Made by a program: the position numbers and the translations under genes
Part shown: positions 1 through 8,695 of the stretch, in pieces
Layout: each line of letters starts with the position of its first letter
Numbering within the stretch: position 1 is the stretch's first letter
The notes under the pieces: generated by a model
Databases searched by the model: none
Told to the model about the DNA's origin: nothing
Seen by the model: only the letters and a program-made list of their open reading frames with translations
From: an uncultured Bacteroidota bacterium
GTDB taxonomy: Bacteria; Bacteroidota; Bacteroidia; Chitinophagales; LD1
Direction of reading: 5' to 3'
Assembly (NCBI GenBank): GCA_903861145.1
Contig: CAIOTH010000042.1
Span: 98,236 to 162,235, forward strand
Length of the DNA: 64,000 nt

Positions 1-750
1 ACCAATCACCTCGTTACCATCGACAAAAACATTAAATACGTTTTTATCGAAACTTTTGATATTGACCTTATTGTAGATCATAATCTGCATACCTGTAGGC
101 AAAAATACTGGTTCAATTTTAATGCATGGTGGTTTACTATAAAATCTATTTGGGGTTCTGATTATGGGTTTGGGGATAAATGCCGTGGATATGCCTATAA
201 CACAATTACTTTTGTTGAATGGCTGCTAAAGTGGGACTTACTTAAAGACGTAAATAGATTTAAACATACACCATCTAATGCAGATTACCTAGGTAATAAC
301 CAAACAGGATTTGTTGCATTAGGGGATGAAAAAATAGACTTTGACTACCACTTATCATACCGGAACCGCCTGCTTAAAGATACTTCAATAAATAAAGAGA
401 TTACAGATGCTAGCGTTTGGGTTTTTACTCATTATAAGGATTCAGTTAAATTTAATACTGCCTTTTACAATGGGCTCGAATCTGAAATAAAAAACCTTCA
501 GAGTAAAAATATTCGGGTCTTTCTTGTAATGTCACCACGAACCCACGAAATACAACTCAAAAATTTTGCACCTCCGTTTATGGAGGTGGTAGATTGTGAA
601 AAAATAAATCTGGCTGACGCCCGCTATAATCCTGAATTTTACGACATAAAAAATGCTTATGATCCTACCCACCTCAATAAAGCCGGGGACAAGATTTATA
701 CGGAGAAAATTGCAAAGGCCTTTAATGAAGATATAGCTAAAGCTAAATAA
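1..750 (+). CDS. hypothetical protein, C-terminal part (5' end outside window); possible SGNH/DltD-like esterase or acyltransferase
   Basis: Frame +1 is open from base 1 to TAA 748-750 (translated by eye; the ORF track shows only the last Met-initiated 73 aa). C-terminal YDPTHLNKAG resembles the D-x-x-H block of SGNH hydrolases. The function call is weak. Confidence 0.55.
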   Translation, partial: TNHLVTIDKNIKYVFIETFDIDLIVDHNLHTCRQKYWFNFNAWWFTIKSIWGSDYGFGDKCRGYAYNTITFVEWLLKWDLLKDVNRFKHTPSNADYLGNNQTGFVALGDEKIDFDYHLSYRNRLLKDTSINKEITDASVWVFTHYKDSVKFNTAFYNGLESEIKNLQSKNIRVFLVMSPRTHEIQLKNFAPPFMEVVDCEKINLADARYNPEFYDIKNAYDPTHLNKAGDKIYTEKIAKAFNEDIAKAK

Positions 751-818
751 AATGCCGCCTGATTTTACGCGCTAACCAAATTTTAGTTCATATTGAATTT
801 TAAGAGAGACCAAACACG

Positions 819-2321
819 ATGATTCAGATAAAAAAACTTATTGAACCCCAAAACTGGTGGCTTTGGATATTAGTGACCCTGGCTTTTAAGGCAATTTTGC
901 TGATTTATTACACGCACAACATTGACACAAGGTTGGTCGTACAAGGATACCCCGGGCTATGGACAGGGTTTGGCGGAGATACCAGAACTTATATTACACC
1001 GATTGAAAATCTGCTGGCGCACAATAGCTATTCACCCAATGACAGGATGCCTGGATATGGTATTGTATATATTATGTTTAGACTTTTTATGAATAATGTG
1101 CACGCCCTTAACGCGGTGATACTGTTGCAGGTTGTTGTTTCCTCCATATCCGTTTATGCTTTGGCTATTACTGCAGAAAGGATATTTAAGATTAAAGAAG
1201 CTTTTTACTACGCCTTTATGTTGTATTTGTTTAGTGAGTTGGCTTTTTCATGGGACTACCTTATTTTAACTGAGAGTTTCACGTTATCATCTCTTGTTTT
1301 ATCCACTTTCTTCTTCACACTTTATTTTGATGACCCCAAAAGGCCGGGCTATATGGTTCTAAGCGGCCTGTTCCTTACGTGGACGGTTTTTCTTAAACCC
1401 GTTTATGTGCTGGTATTTGCAATTGTAGGTTTTGTTATTTTAATACGTTTATGCCGCGAAAAAAGCAAGGCATTATTGCTTGGCCTCTTTGCCCTTGTTA
1501 CACCGTTTGTGTTAGTAGATGGCGTCTGGGTTGTAAGAAATTATAGTATTTACCAGCGGATAATACCCCTTACACCTCATTTGTACCTGGATAATATTAA
1601 TGATAGTTACAATGCTGTGTTAATACAGTTTATGCAAAGTTGGGGAGGAGATATAGGATGGGATGCAGGTACTGATTGCAGGTGGTTTTTTCCTCGATTA
1701 AATAATGCCACTTGTATGCCATGTGCGCAGGAGTTGGAAAGAAATGCAAAAGTTACGCTGCCCGATTATATTTACACATCAAAGTTTAATAAGGATAGTT
1801 TAATAGCAATCCGTACCGATATGACTACGTGGGATTCACTTTTTGATAATCATTTGGATCCGGTTGCAATAAAGAATTTAAAAGTCAATATTGAATACCG
1901 GCTAAACATCTTTTCGCAATCTGTAAAAACTGAAAACCCTTTTTTATACTACGCTAAATCAAGGTTCGTTAACTTGAGAAGGTTTATTATGGGAAGAAGC
2001 ATAACTACCCCTCTTATTTTTCATCCATATAACAAACTAAAACTTGGAATTTATGCTTTATCGCAGGGACTATATTATCTTGCCTTATTCTCAGCCTTAA
2101 TTGTAGCTTTTGTGACAGTATTCAGAGGGGTCATATCAGCCAATACTCCGTATGCATTATTTGCCGTTTCGCTAATTTTGATTTACGGGGTTTTTATATT
2201 TCCGTTTCTTAAGCTATCCGAGCACCGGTACCTGGCGCCTGAGTATCCGTTTATTGTAATTTGCTCGACTGCCTTTTTTATCAAGTTGAAAGAAATTGCT
2301 ACAACTTTAATAGAAAAGTAA
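819..2321 (+). CDS. polytopic membrane protein, putative GT-C type (ArnT/PMT_2-like) glycosyltransferase
   Basis: 500-aa ORF with many hydrophobic helices. First loop contains GGDTRTYITPIENLL, like the acidic loop-1 motif of GT-C enzymes. Large C-terminal soluble insert followed by more TM helices. Confidence 0.5.
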   Translation: MIQIKKLIEPQNWWLWILVTLAFKAILLIYYTHNIDTRLVVQGYPGLWTGFGGDTRTYITPIENLLAHNSYSPNDRMPGYGIVYIMFRLFMNNVHALNAVILLQVVVSSISVYALAITAERIFKIKEAFYYAFMLYLFSELAFSWDYLILTESFTLSSLVLSTFFFTLYFDDPKRPGYMVLSGLFLTWTVFLKPVYVLVFAIVGFVILIRLCREKSKALLLGLFALVTPFVLVDGVWVVRNYSIYQRIIPLTPHLYLDNINDSYNAVLIQFMQSWGGDIGWDAGTDCRWFFPRLNNATCMPCAQELERNAKVTLPDYIYTSKFNKDSLIAIRTDMTTWDSLFDNHLDPVAIKNLKVNIEYRLNIFSQSVKTENPFLYYAKSRFVNLRRFIMGRSITTPLIFHPYNKLKLGIYALSQGLYYLALFSALIVAFVTVFRGVISANTPYALFAVSLILIYGVFIFPFLKLSEHRYLAPEYPFIVICSTAFFIKLKEIATTLIEK

Positions 2322-2560
2322 AAAAAGTCTGATACCCTTTACGGCTTAATCAAATTAACTCTAAAACAAATATAACTAAGATAAAATTTTTAGATTGGTT
2401 CATTTGATGTTTGCTTTATCTTGCAGGCTGAACAGGTAGCGGTTTGGGCCAAACAAAAATATCTAACTGCCAAATTTTACTTCGGCATTTAAATCTGCAC
2501 TCATCGAAAAACGTCGATTTGTGGTGGCAGAGACCATGCATTTTATCATAAACTGATAAT

Positions 2561-2603
2561 CATCTACAAAGGCGATAATTCTAAAATGTAGGATGCTTTT
2601 TTG
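2561..2603 (+). terminator. intrinsic terminator-like hairpin with no nearby + strand gene
   Basis: CATCTACA (2561-2568) pairs with TGTAGGATG (2587-2595, one bulge), followed by CTTTTTTG. It lies about 240 nt after the nearest + strand stop codon (2321). Confidence 0.35.
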
Positions 2604-2628
2604 ATTATGATTTAGCCGAAATATTATT

Positions 2629-3642
2629 TCAAACGGTCAGTTGCTTAAGCGCAACTATTGTTGACGCCAGCATCTCTTCAGTAAAATCCAAATGCGTAAC
2701 CATGCGCACTAAAGTAGGAGAGAAGGGTTGAACTTTTATCCCTTTAGCCGCAACCAATTCGGCAATCTTTGCCGAGCTATCTACTTCAAAAATTGCAATA
2801 TTGGTGGCTACCGGTAAAACCTTTTTAACCCAGGGTAATGCAGCTAGCGTTTCTGCCAATTGCTTAGCCCGTTTATGGTCATCGGCTAACCGGTTTACGT
2901 TATTATCAAGCGCATAAATGCACGCCGCAGCTAATAAACCACTTTGGCGCATACCACCACCCATAACTTTACGCAGCTTTCTCGATTTTTTAATGAACGC
3001 CTTGCTGCCAACAAGCACGCTGCCCACCGGTGCGCCAAGCCCCTTACTTATGCATATCGAAATGCTATCAAACAGGCCCATTAAATCAAGCGGCTTTTTA
3101 TTTAAAGCCGTAAGGGCATTAAATATACGGGCACCATCCAAATGGTAAATCAGTTTTTTCGAGCGACAGAAGTGTGATATAGTCTGCATTTCCTCAACCG
3201 TATAAACGCTACCGCCGCCTTTGTTAACGGTATTTTCAATAGCTACCATGGTTGTGTTGGGCAGCCAGTCAAAATCGGGCTGTATTAATTCTTCTATTTG
3301 TGTCACAGTCATTCGCCCGTTATCTCCGTTGGTTAACCGTATTGATACGCCTGAATGAAAAGCCCATCCACCGGTTTCATAATTATATATGTGGCAAATT
3401 TTATCGCATATAATTTCGTCCAGCGGTTGCGTATGTGCTTTAATGGCAATCTGGTTAGTCATAGTGCCCGATGGGCAAAACAAACCTGCTTCCATGCCAA
3501 ACATTGCCGCTACTTTTTCTTCCAGTTTTTTTACGGTCGGGTCTTCGGCAAAAACATCATCGCCCAATTCAGCGTTCATCATGGCCTCAAGCATAGCTTT
3601 GCTCGGTTTGGTAACGGTATCACTTCTTAAATCAATAATCAT
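2629..3642 (-). CDS. ltaE: low-specificity L-threonine aldolase
   Basis: 337 aa. N-terminus IDLRSDTVTKPS, GDDVFAEDPTV, PSGTMTNQ and PLP-lysine region SKGLGAPVGS are typical of the threonine aldolase family. Confidence 0.9.
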   Translation of the reverse strand: MIIDLRSDTVTKPSKAMLEAMMNAELGDDVFAEDPTVKKLEEKVAAMFGMEAGLFCPSGTMTNQIAIKAHTQPLDEIICDKICHIYNYETGGWAFHSGVSIRLTNGDNGRMTVTQIEELIQPDFDWLPNTTMVAIENTVNKGGGSVYTVEEMQTISHFCRSKKLIYHLDGARIFNALTALNKKPLDLMGLFDSISICISKGLGAPVGSVLVGSKAFIKKSRKLRKVMGGGMRQSGLLAAACIYALDNNVNRLADDHKRAKQLAETLAALPWVKKVLPVATNIAIFEVDSSAKIAELVAAKGIKVQPFSPTLVRMVTHLDFTEEMLASTIVALKQLTV

Positions 3643-3663
3643 CTTGTTATACGTTTATTGGTT

Positions 3664-4281
3664 CTAAATTGAACGCATCATTTCAATAAATCTTGGTAGT
3701 AACTCCGGCGCAAAAATAATTGGGAAAACAAATCCGAATATCGAACCTGTAAAGTGGGCTATATGCCCCACGTTATCGCCGCCTCTCCTGGCCATAACTA
3801 TGCAATACAATAAGTATAATGGCCCGAAAATATACGCCGGTATGCCATTACCCGGAAAGAATATAATGCCAATATGCATGGACGGGTTAATAAGTATGGC
3901 CGCAAAAATTACTGCCGAAACTCCCCCGCTTGCACCAAGGCTGCGATAGTTGTAATTATCGCGTTGCTTAAACAGGTTGTAAATATCGGCAAAGGCTATT
4001 GCGGCAAAATACATTATTACATAAAGGCTAAGCCCTTTGGCACCGTAAATACTGCTAAAAGCAGTTTCCATATACGAACCAAAACTATATAGAGCGAACA
4101 TATTGAAAAACAAATGCCCCAAATCGGCATGTATAAAACCGCACGACACTAACCGGTGCCACTCTTTATTTCGCCAAACCCGGTATGGCCAAAAAATCAA
4201 CTCATCAAACAAAGTATGGTTGCTGAAAGCCATAAAGGATGTAATTGCCGTAATACCGGCTATGATTAAGGTTATGTTCAT
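3664..4281 (-). CDS. rhomboid family intramembrane serine protease
   Basis: 205 aa, 6 TM. WHRLVSCGFIHADLGHLFFNM (H-x4-H-x3-N), catalytic GASGGVSAV and downstream HFTG histidine. Confidence 0.85.
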   Translation of the reverse strand: MNITLIIAGITAITSFMAFSNHTLFDELIFWPYRVWRNKEWHRLVSCGFIHADLGHLFFNMFALYSFGSYMETAFSSIYGAKGLSLYVIMYFAAIAFADIYNLFKQRDNYNYRSLGASGGVSAVIFAAILINPSMHIGIIFFPGNGIPAYIFGPLYLLYCIVMARRGGDNVGHIAHFTGSIFGFVFPIIFAPELLPRFIEMMRSI

Positions 4282-4353
4282 TTTAAAATTGTAATGGGCG
4301 CTAAGTTATAATTACCTGCCTAAGTTTAATGATAAGTTCAAACTGCACTACTC

Positions 4354-4821
4354 TTATTGATGATGATAAGGCTCATTATGCATAATTGTAAACGCCCTGT
4401 ATAATTGTTCGGCAAAAATAGCGCGCACTATTTGATGCGAAAAAGTCATTTTTGAGAGGCTCAGTTTAGCGTTCGCTCTTTTGTATAGCTCATCGCTAAA
4501 GCCATAAGCTCCGCCAACCACAAAGCAAATGTTCTTAAGCGATTGATTAAACAAGCCTTCAAGGTAAGCTGCAAGTTGCGTTGATGTATATTCTTTGCCT
4601 TTGTCGTCCAGCAAAATAACGTAGTCGCCGGGGGCTATTTTTTTAAGAATAAGCTCGCCTTCTTTCTCTTTAATTTTTCCGGTATCCGATGCTTTTACCG
4701 CATTCTCAATTACAACCTCCTCCATCTTAACATAATGGTTAATACGCTTTTTATAATCGGCGCAAATATTCTTTACATCTGCCGAAGAGGTCTTACCTAC
4801 AAGTATTAATGTGATTTTCAT
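4354..4821 (-). CDS. rlmH: 23S rRNA (pseudouridine1915-N3)-methyltransferase
   Basis: 155 aa SPOUT protein. MKITLILVGK start, LLDDKGKEYTS, FVVGGAYGFS, SLSKMTFSHQ and C-terminal EPYHHQ. Confidence 0.9.
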   Translation of the reverse strand: MKITLILVGKTSSADVKNICADYKKRINHYVKMEEVVIENAVKASDTGKIKEKEGELILKKIAPGDYVILLDDKGKEYTSTQLAAYLEGLFNQSLKNICFVVGGAYGFSDELYKRANAKLSLSKMTFSHQIVRAIFAEQLYRAFTIMHNEPYHHQ

Positions 4822-4874
4822 TCAATCTAACACGCCAAAATTCCTATTTTCGCAACCTAAATTTTAAGCTCCGT

Positions 4875-5288
4875 ATGGCAAAGCAATGTAAATCAATTTT
4901 TCTTTTGTTGGGTTTGGTGCTTATATCTTTGGCTGGTTGTCAGGATAAATCTACTGCCCTGGTTCGCAGCTGGAAACTGGAGGATATGAGGTTGACTAAA
5001 AAAGTACCCGATGCGCTTAAACCTACCATTCAAAAGTCGATAGATGATATTAAGAAAAGCGCTTTTGTAATTACGTACAATGCCGATGGCACCTACTTTA
5101 CCCAAATGGGGCAGCAAGTACTTCATGGCACCTGGAAACTTAATTTCAACTCCTCAAAAATTGTGGCGGTAACCGATAATGGGCAAAGTATGGACTACAC
5201 AATCATAAAACTCTCGCCATCCAGCTTTACATTTAAGGCTGTCGAGAATGGACAGGAAGTTATTTTTGATATGGTACCGGCTAACTAA
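4875..5288 (+). CDS. lipocalin-like lipoprotein, unknown function
   Basis: Signal peptide with lipobox LISLAGC. VRSWKLEDM beta-barrel start. Paralogous in layout to the next gene. Confidence 0.7.
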   Translation: MAKQCKSIFLLLGLVLISLAGCQDKSTALVRSWKLEDMRLTKKVPDALKPTIQKSIDDIKKSAFVITYNADGTYFTQMGQQVLHGTWKLNFNSSKIVAVTDNGQSMDYTIIKLSPSSFTFKAVENGQEVIFDMVPAN

Positions 5289-5296
5289 ACTCTTGT

Positions 5297-5704
5297 ATGA
5301 AAAAATTAATTGCGCCCTTTCTGGGCTTTATTTTGTTATTGAGCTTAACCCAATGCCGAACCAGCACCGAAAATAAAATTGTTGGTGTTTGGCAATTGCA
5401 GCAAATGGTAATTAACGGCACCGTACTTCAGGGTAGCTCGCTGGGTAATTGGCTTTGGGAGTTTAACGATGCCGGTGGTTACTTAACTGATGTAGCCGCC
5501 ATGCGCGAGAAAGGCCTCTACGCTATAAAAGATAGCCTGCTAACCTTAAAGCTGGTAACCGAAAAGAACCGGCCCGATCAGGTATACAAAATTACCCGCC
5601 TCGATAGCCTTGAACTTGACCTCGTTTCAACCGAAATTGCCAATAAGCAAAGCCTGCGTTTTCTGCGCCGTAAGGTGAGTGAGGTAACGGGAGAGAAGGA
5701 TTAA
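5297..5704 (+). CDS. lipocalin-like lipoprotein, unknown function
   Basis: Signal peptide with lipobox LLSLTQC. IVGVWQLQQM motif. Tandem paralogue of 4875-5288. Confidence 0.7.
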   Translation: MKKLIAPFLGFILLLSLTQCRTSTENKIVGVWQLQQMVINGTVLQGSSLGNWLWEFNDAGGYLTDVAAMREKGLYAIKDSLLTLKLVTEKNRPDQVYKITRLDSLELDLVSTEIANKQSLRFLRRKVSEVTGEKD

Positions 5705-5847
5705 GCTTCTACTAGGTTAACGTAATGTTAAAGTGGCAATTTGTTGGCTATTTTCTTTGCCTATGATGCTGTACGGCATGGTTATAATAAACGGTGTATT
5801 TTCTTTTTCCCCAAAATAGAATTCCTTTGCCCCACTTAATAAACTAC

Positions 5848-8304
5848 ATGAAAAAGCTTTTAACCGTCCGGTTGCTAATGGCAACCATTCTTGTTTCATT
5901 ATTTGGGATTCAATTAACCCGTGCACAGGACAGCACCATTACCTACCTGCGCAATCCCGAAGGAAGGATTCGCGAACACAATGTCGATTTCCTTAAGATG
6001 CTTTTAAACGTAAAGTTTAATACTACCGAAGGCAAGGTTATTGGCGACGTAAAATATGAGTTTAAACCTATTCAGTTTGTGGTTGATACTTTGTTTTTAG
6101 ATGCACCGGGTATTGACATTAAAAAGATAACCCTTGATGGAAAGGACCTTACATATAAAACCGATAGCGCCGGTGTTACCATTAAGTTTTTACAACCAAT
6201 GGATTGGAATAAAAAATACAATCTCGAGGTAAATTATGAAGCCACACCGCGCAAAGGCCTTTACTTTATTGGCTGGAATGTAAATGCAAAGAACACTGAT
6301 AAGGACCCTTATTTTACCCGCAAACAAATCTGGACCCAGGGCGAAGGTGCCGATAATCGTTTCTGGATGCCATGCTACGATGATGTAGATGATAAAATGG
6401 TTACCGAAACAGTTATCACTTTCGATTCCGCCTATACCGTAATCTCAAACGGCAATTTAAAAGAGAAAAAGAAAAACACTGATGGCACTGTTACCTGGCA
6501 TTATGCTATGAATAAACCGATGGTGCCTTACTTGATAATGATAGGTATTGATAAATACGGTTACAAAGATTACAAAAGCAAAAACGGCATTGTGTCGCGT
6601 GAGTATTATTATGCCGATAGGCCTGAAACTGTTATCCCTACATACAAGTACAGTGCCGAGATGATGGATTTTATTGCTAACGAAACTGGCTTTAATTATC
6701 CATGGGAAACCTACGCCAACGTGCCGGTACAGGACTTTATGTTTGGGGCTATGGAAAACACGACGGCCACTATTTACGGCGACTTTTTGCTAACAGATGT
6801 TCGTGCTGCTATTGAGCGCGATTATGTGGCCATTAATGCGCATGAGCTAACCCACCAATGGTTCGGCGATTGCGTTACGGCACAGGGTTGGAGGCATCTT
6901 TGGCTACACGAAAGCTTTGCTACCTATTACTCAAAACAATTTATGCGCCATGCCTATGGCGATGATGCCTACCAATGGAATAAGCGCGGCGAAACTATGC
7001 AGGCTTTAAATGCTGAGAAGAATGACCGGTTCCCTATAGCTGATACCCGCGCTGGCACGGCAAGAATATACCCTAAAGGGAGTTTTGTTTTAGATATGAT
7101 GAGATATGTAGTAGGCGATTCAGTATTTAGACGTTGTGTTAGCAGCTACCTTAAAAAACACGCTTACGATAACGTAAACAGCCAGGATTTTATGCGCACA
7201 TTTATGGATAACGCCGGTGTTAATTTGGATTGGTTTTTCGATGAATGGATTTTCCGTGCAAGCTTTCCTAAATACTCGGTTAGGTATGAAAAGATGAAGG
7301 ATAACGTAGTGTTTTACGTTTCGCAAACACAAAAAACCGATGAGCTAACCGGTATTTTTAAAATGCCCGTGGTTTTCGAAGTGCACTTTAAAGATGGCTC
7401 ATCGTCCAGTAAAAAGGCTTGGTTAAGTAACGCTAACGACACCGTTTATGTTAGCGCCACCCGTGGAAGCGATATTGATTATACTCTTTTCGACCCAGGT
7501 GCCAATATTTTAAAGACTGTAGATTTTAAAAAGAGCTTTAATGAGCTGGGCAGCCAGTTGGTAAAAGCCAAAAACATGATTGACCGTTACGACGCCCTGG
7601 TAGCTTTACGCGATACCGGCATCGAGCAAAAACGCGATTTATTGATTGCTATTTTCAACGAAAACAATTACAACGCTATTCAGCACGAAATTATTAAGCA
7701 GTTGGCTAAAGATGATAATTCATCTACCATCGCAATGCTGGCTAACGCAATGCGCAACAAAGATTTTTCAACCCGCCGTGCGGTAGTTGAAAATCTTGAA
7801 ACCATACCCGATGCCCTTTTGCCCGAAGTAGAGAGATTATTGCAGGATAGCTCGTATGTAACTATCGAGGTAACCTTGCGCAAGTTGGCTAAGCTTAATC
7901 CTTCAAAAACTAGTACATACCTTGACCAGACCAAAGACCTGAAGGGTATTAATGATAACGTGCGCATTACATGGCTCGAGTTACACGGTAAAGATTCAGT
8001 GGCCGCTATTACCAACAATCACAAATTTGAAAAGCAGCTGGTTCCATACACCTCTAATCAATTTGAGTTCCGCACCCGCGTTAAAGCCATGGATGCTTTT
8101 GAACACCTTAATTATTGCGATAAAGACCTGATTTATAACCTGTTTAATGCGGCTCTTTACAGTAACAGCAGGCTAAGTAATCCCGCTATGAAGCTGTTAA
8201 AAAACCTTTTAAAGAAACCCGAACAGCTAAAACTGGCAAAAGAGGTTTTTGCAGCTAATAAGTGGACAGATTGGGAAAAGAAAGCGCTACAGGGATATTT
8301 TTAA
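5848..8304 (+). CDS. M1 family zinc aminopeptidase with C-terminal HEAT-like helical domain
   Basis: GAMEN exopeptidase motif (FGAMENTT) and HELTHQWFGD...WLHESFATY (HExxH-x18-E). Start moved to ATG 5848 (MKKLLTVRLLMATIL signal peptide); the track start 5794 adds a non-signal extension. Confidence 0.9.
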   Translation: MKKLLTVRLLMATILVSLFGIQLTRAQDSTITYLRNPEGRIREHNVDFLKMLLNVKFNTTEGKVIGDVKYEFKPIQFVVDTLFLDAPGIDIKKITLDGKDLTYKTDSAGVTIKFLQPMDWNKKYNLEVNYEATPRKGLYFIGWNVNAKNTDKDPYFTRKQIWTQGEGADNRFWMPCYDDVDDKMVTETVITFDSAYTVISNGNLKEKKKNTDGTVTWHYAMNKPMVPYLIMIGIDKYGYKDYKSKNGIVSREYYYADRPETVIPTYKYSAEMMDFIANETGFNYPWETYANVPVQDFMFGAMENTTATIYGDFLLTDVRAAIERDYVAINAHELTHQWFGDCVTAQGWRHLWLHESFATYYSKQFMRHAYGDDAYQWNKRGETMQALNAEKNDRFPIADTRAGTARIYPKGSFVLDMMRYVVGDSVFRRCVSSYLKKHAYDNVNSQDFMRTFMDNAGVNLDWFFDEWIFRASFPKYSVRYEKMKDNVVFYVSQTQKTDELTGIFKMPVVFEVHFKDGSSSSKKAWLSNANDTVYVSATRGSDIDYTLFDPGANILKTVDFKKSFNELGSQLVKAKNMIDRYDALVALRDTGIEQKRDLLIAIFNENNYNAIQHEIIKQLAKDDNSSTIAMLANAMRNKDFSTRRAVVENLETIPDALLPEVERLLQDSSYVTIEVTLRKLAKLNPSKTSTYLDQTKDLKGINDNVRITWLELHGKDSVAAITNNHKFEKQLVPYTSNQFEFRTRVKAMDAFEHLNYCDKDLIYNLFNAALYSNSRLSNPAMKLLKNLLKKPEQLKLAKEVFAANKWTDWEKKALQGYF

Positions 8305-8308
8305 TGCA

Positions 8309-8553
8309 ATAGAACGCTGATTTATTAGGATTCTTATGATAAAATCAATTTAAATCAATCCGATGTCTAACTAAATTCGGGGTTTATTTTATTATACCGC
8401 TTTCTTAATTGCTGCTTTTGGGGAACTATATGCAGAGGGATAATTTTATTTCGTTCTCCGATAAAAGCAACACCTCTCTCTAGTTCGGATGTAATGCTTT
8501 TGAATACCAATATCATAATTGACCATAAAGATCATAACAATTCAGCGTTCTAT
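8309..8553. repeat. MITE-like element, copy A (terminal inverted repeats, no ORF)
   Basis: 8309-8320 ATAGAACGCTGA is the perfect reverse complement of 8542-8553 TCAGCGTTCTAT, extended by TTATGAT/ATCATAA. The first 32 nt match copy B (39156-39187) with 2 mismatches. Confidence 0.6.
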
Positions 8554-8620
8554 AACTGGATTTAATTGTACGTGGTTAAAATCTAATTCGACCTCATCCG
8601 TCTTCAGTCAAATATTTATT

Positions 8621-8628
8621 TACTTTTG
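8621..8628 (+). promoter_or_regulatory. Bacteroidota -7 promoter box (TAnnTTTG) upstream of yidC
   Basis: TACTTTTG matches the TAnnTTTG consensus, 68 nt upstream of ATG 8696. Confidence 0.4.
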
Positions 8629-8695
8629 CGCGCTCCAAAAAAGGTGCTGAAAGAGTTTTGTGGCTTAGTTGCCCCTATCGAAATGCAATAAAACA

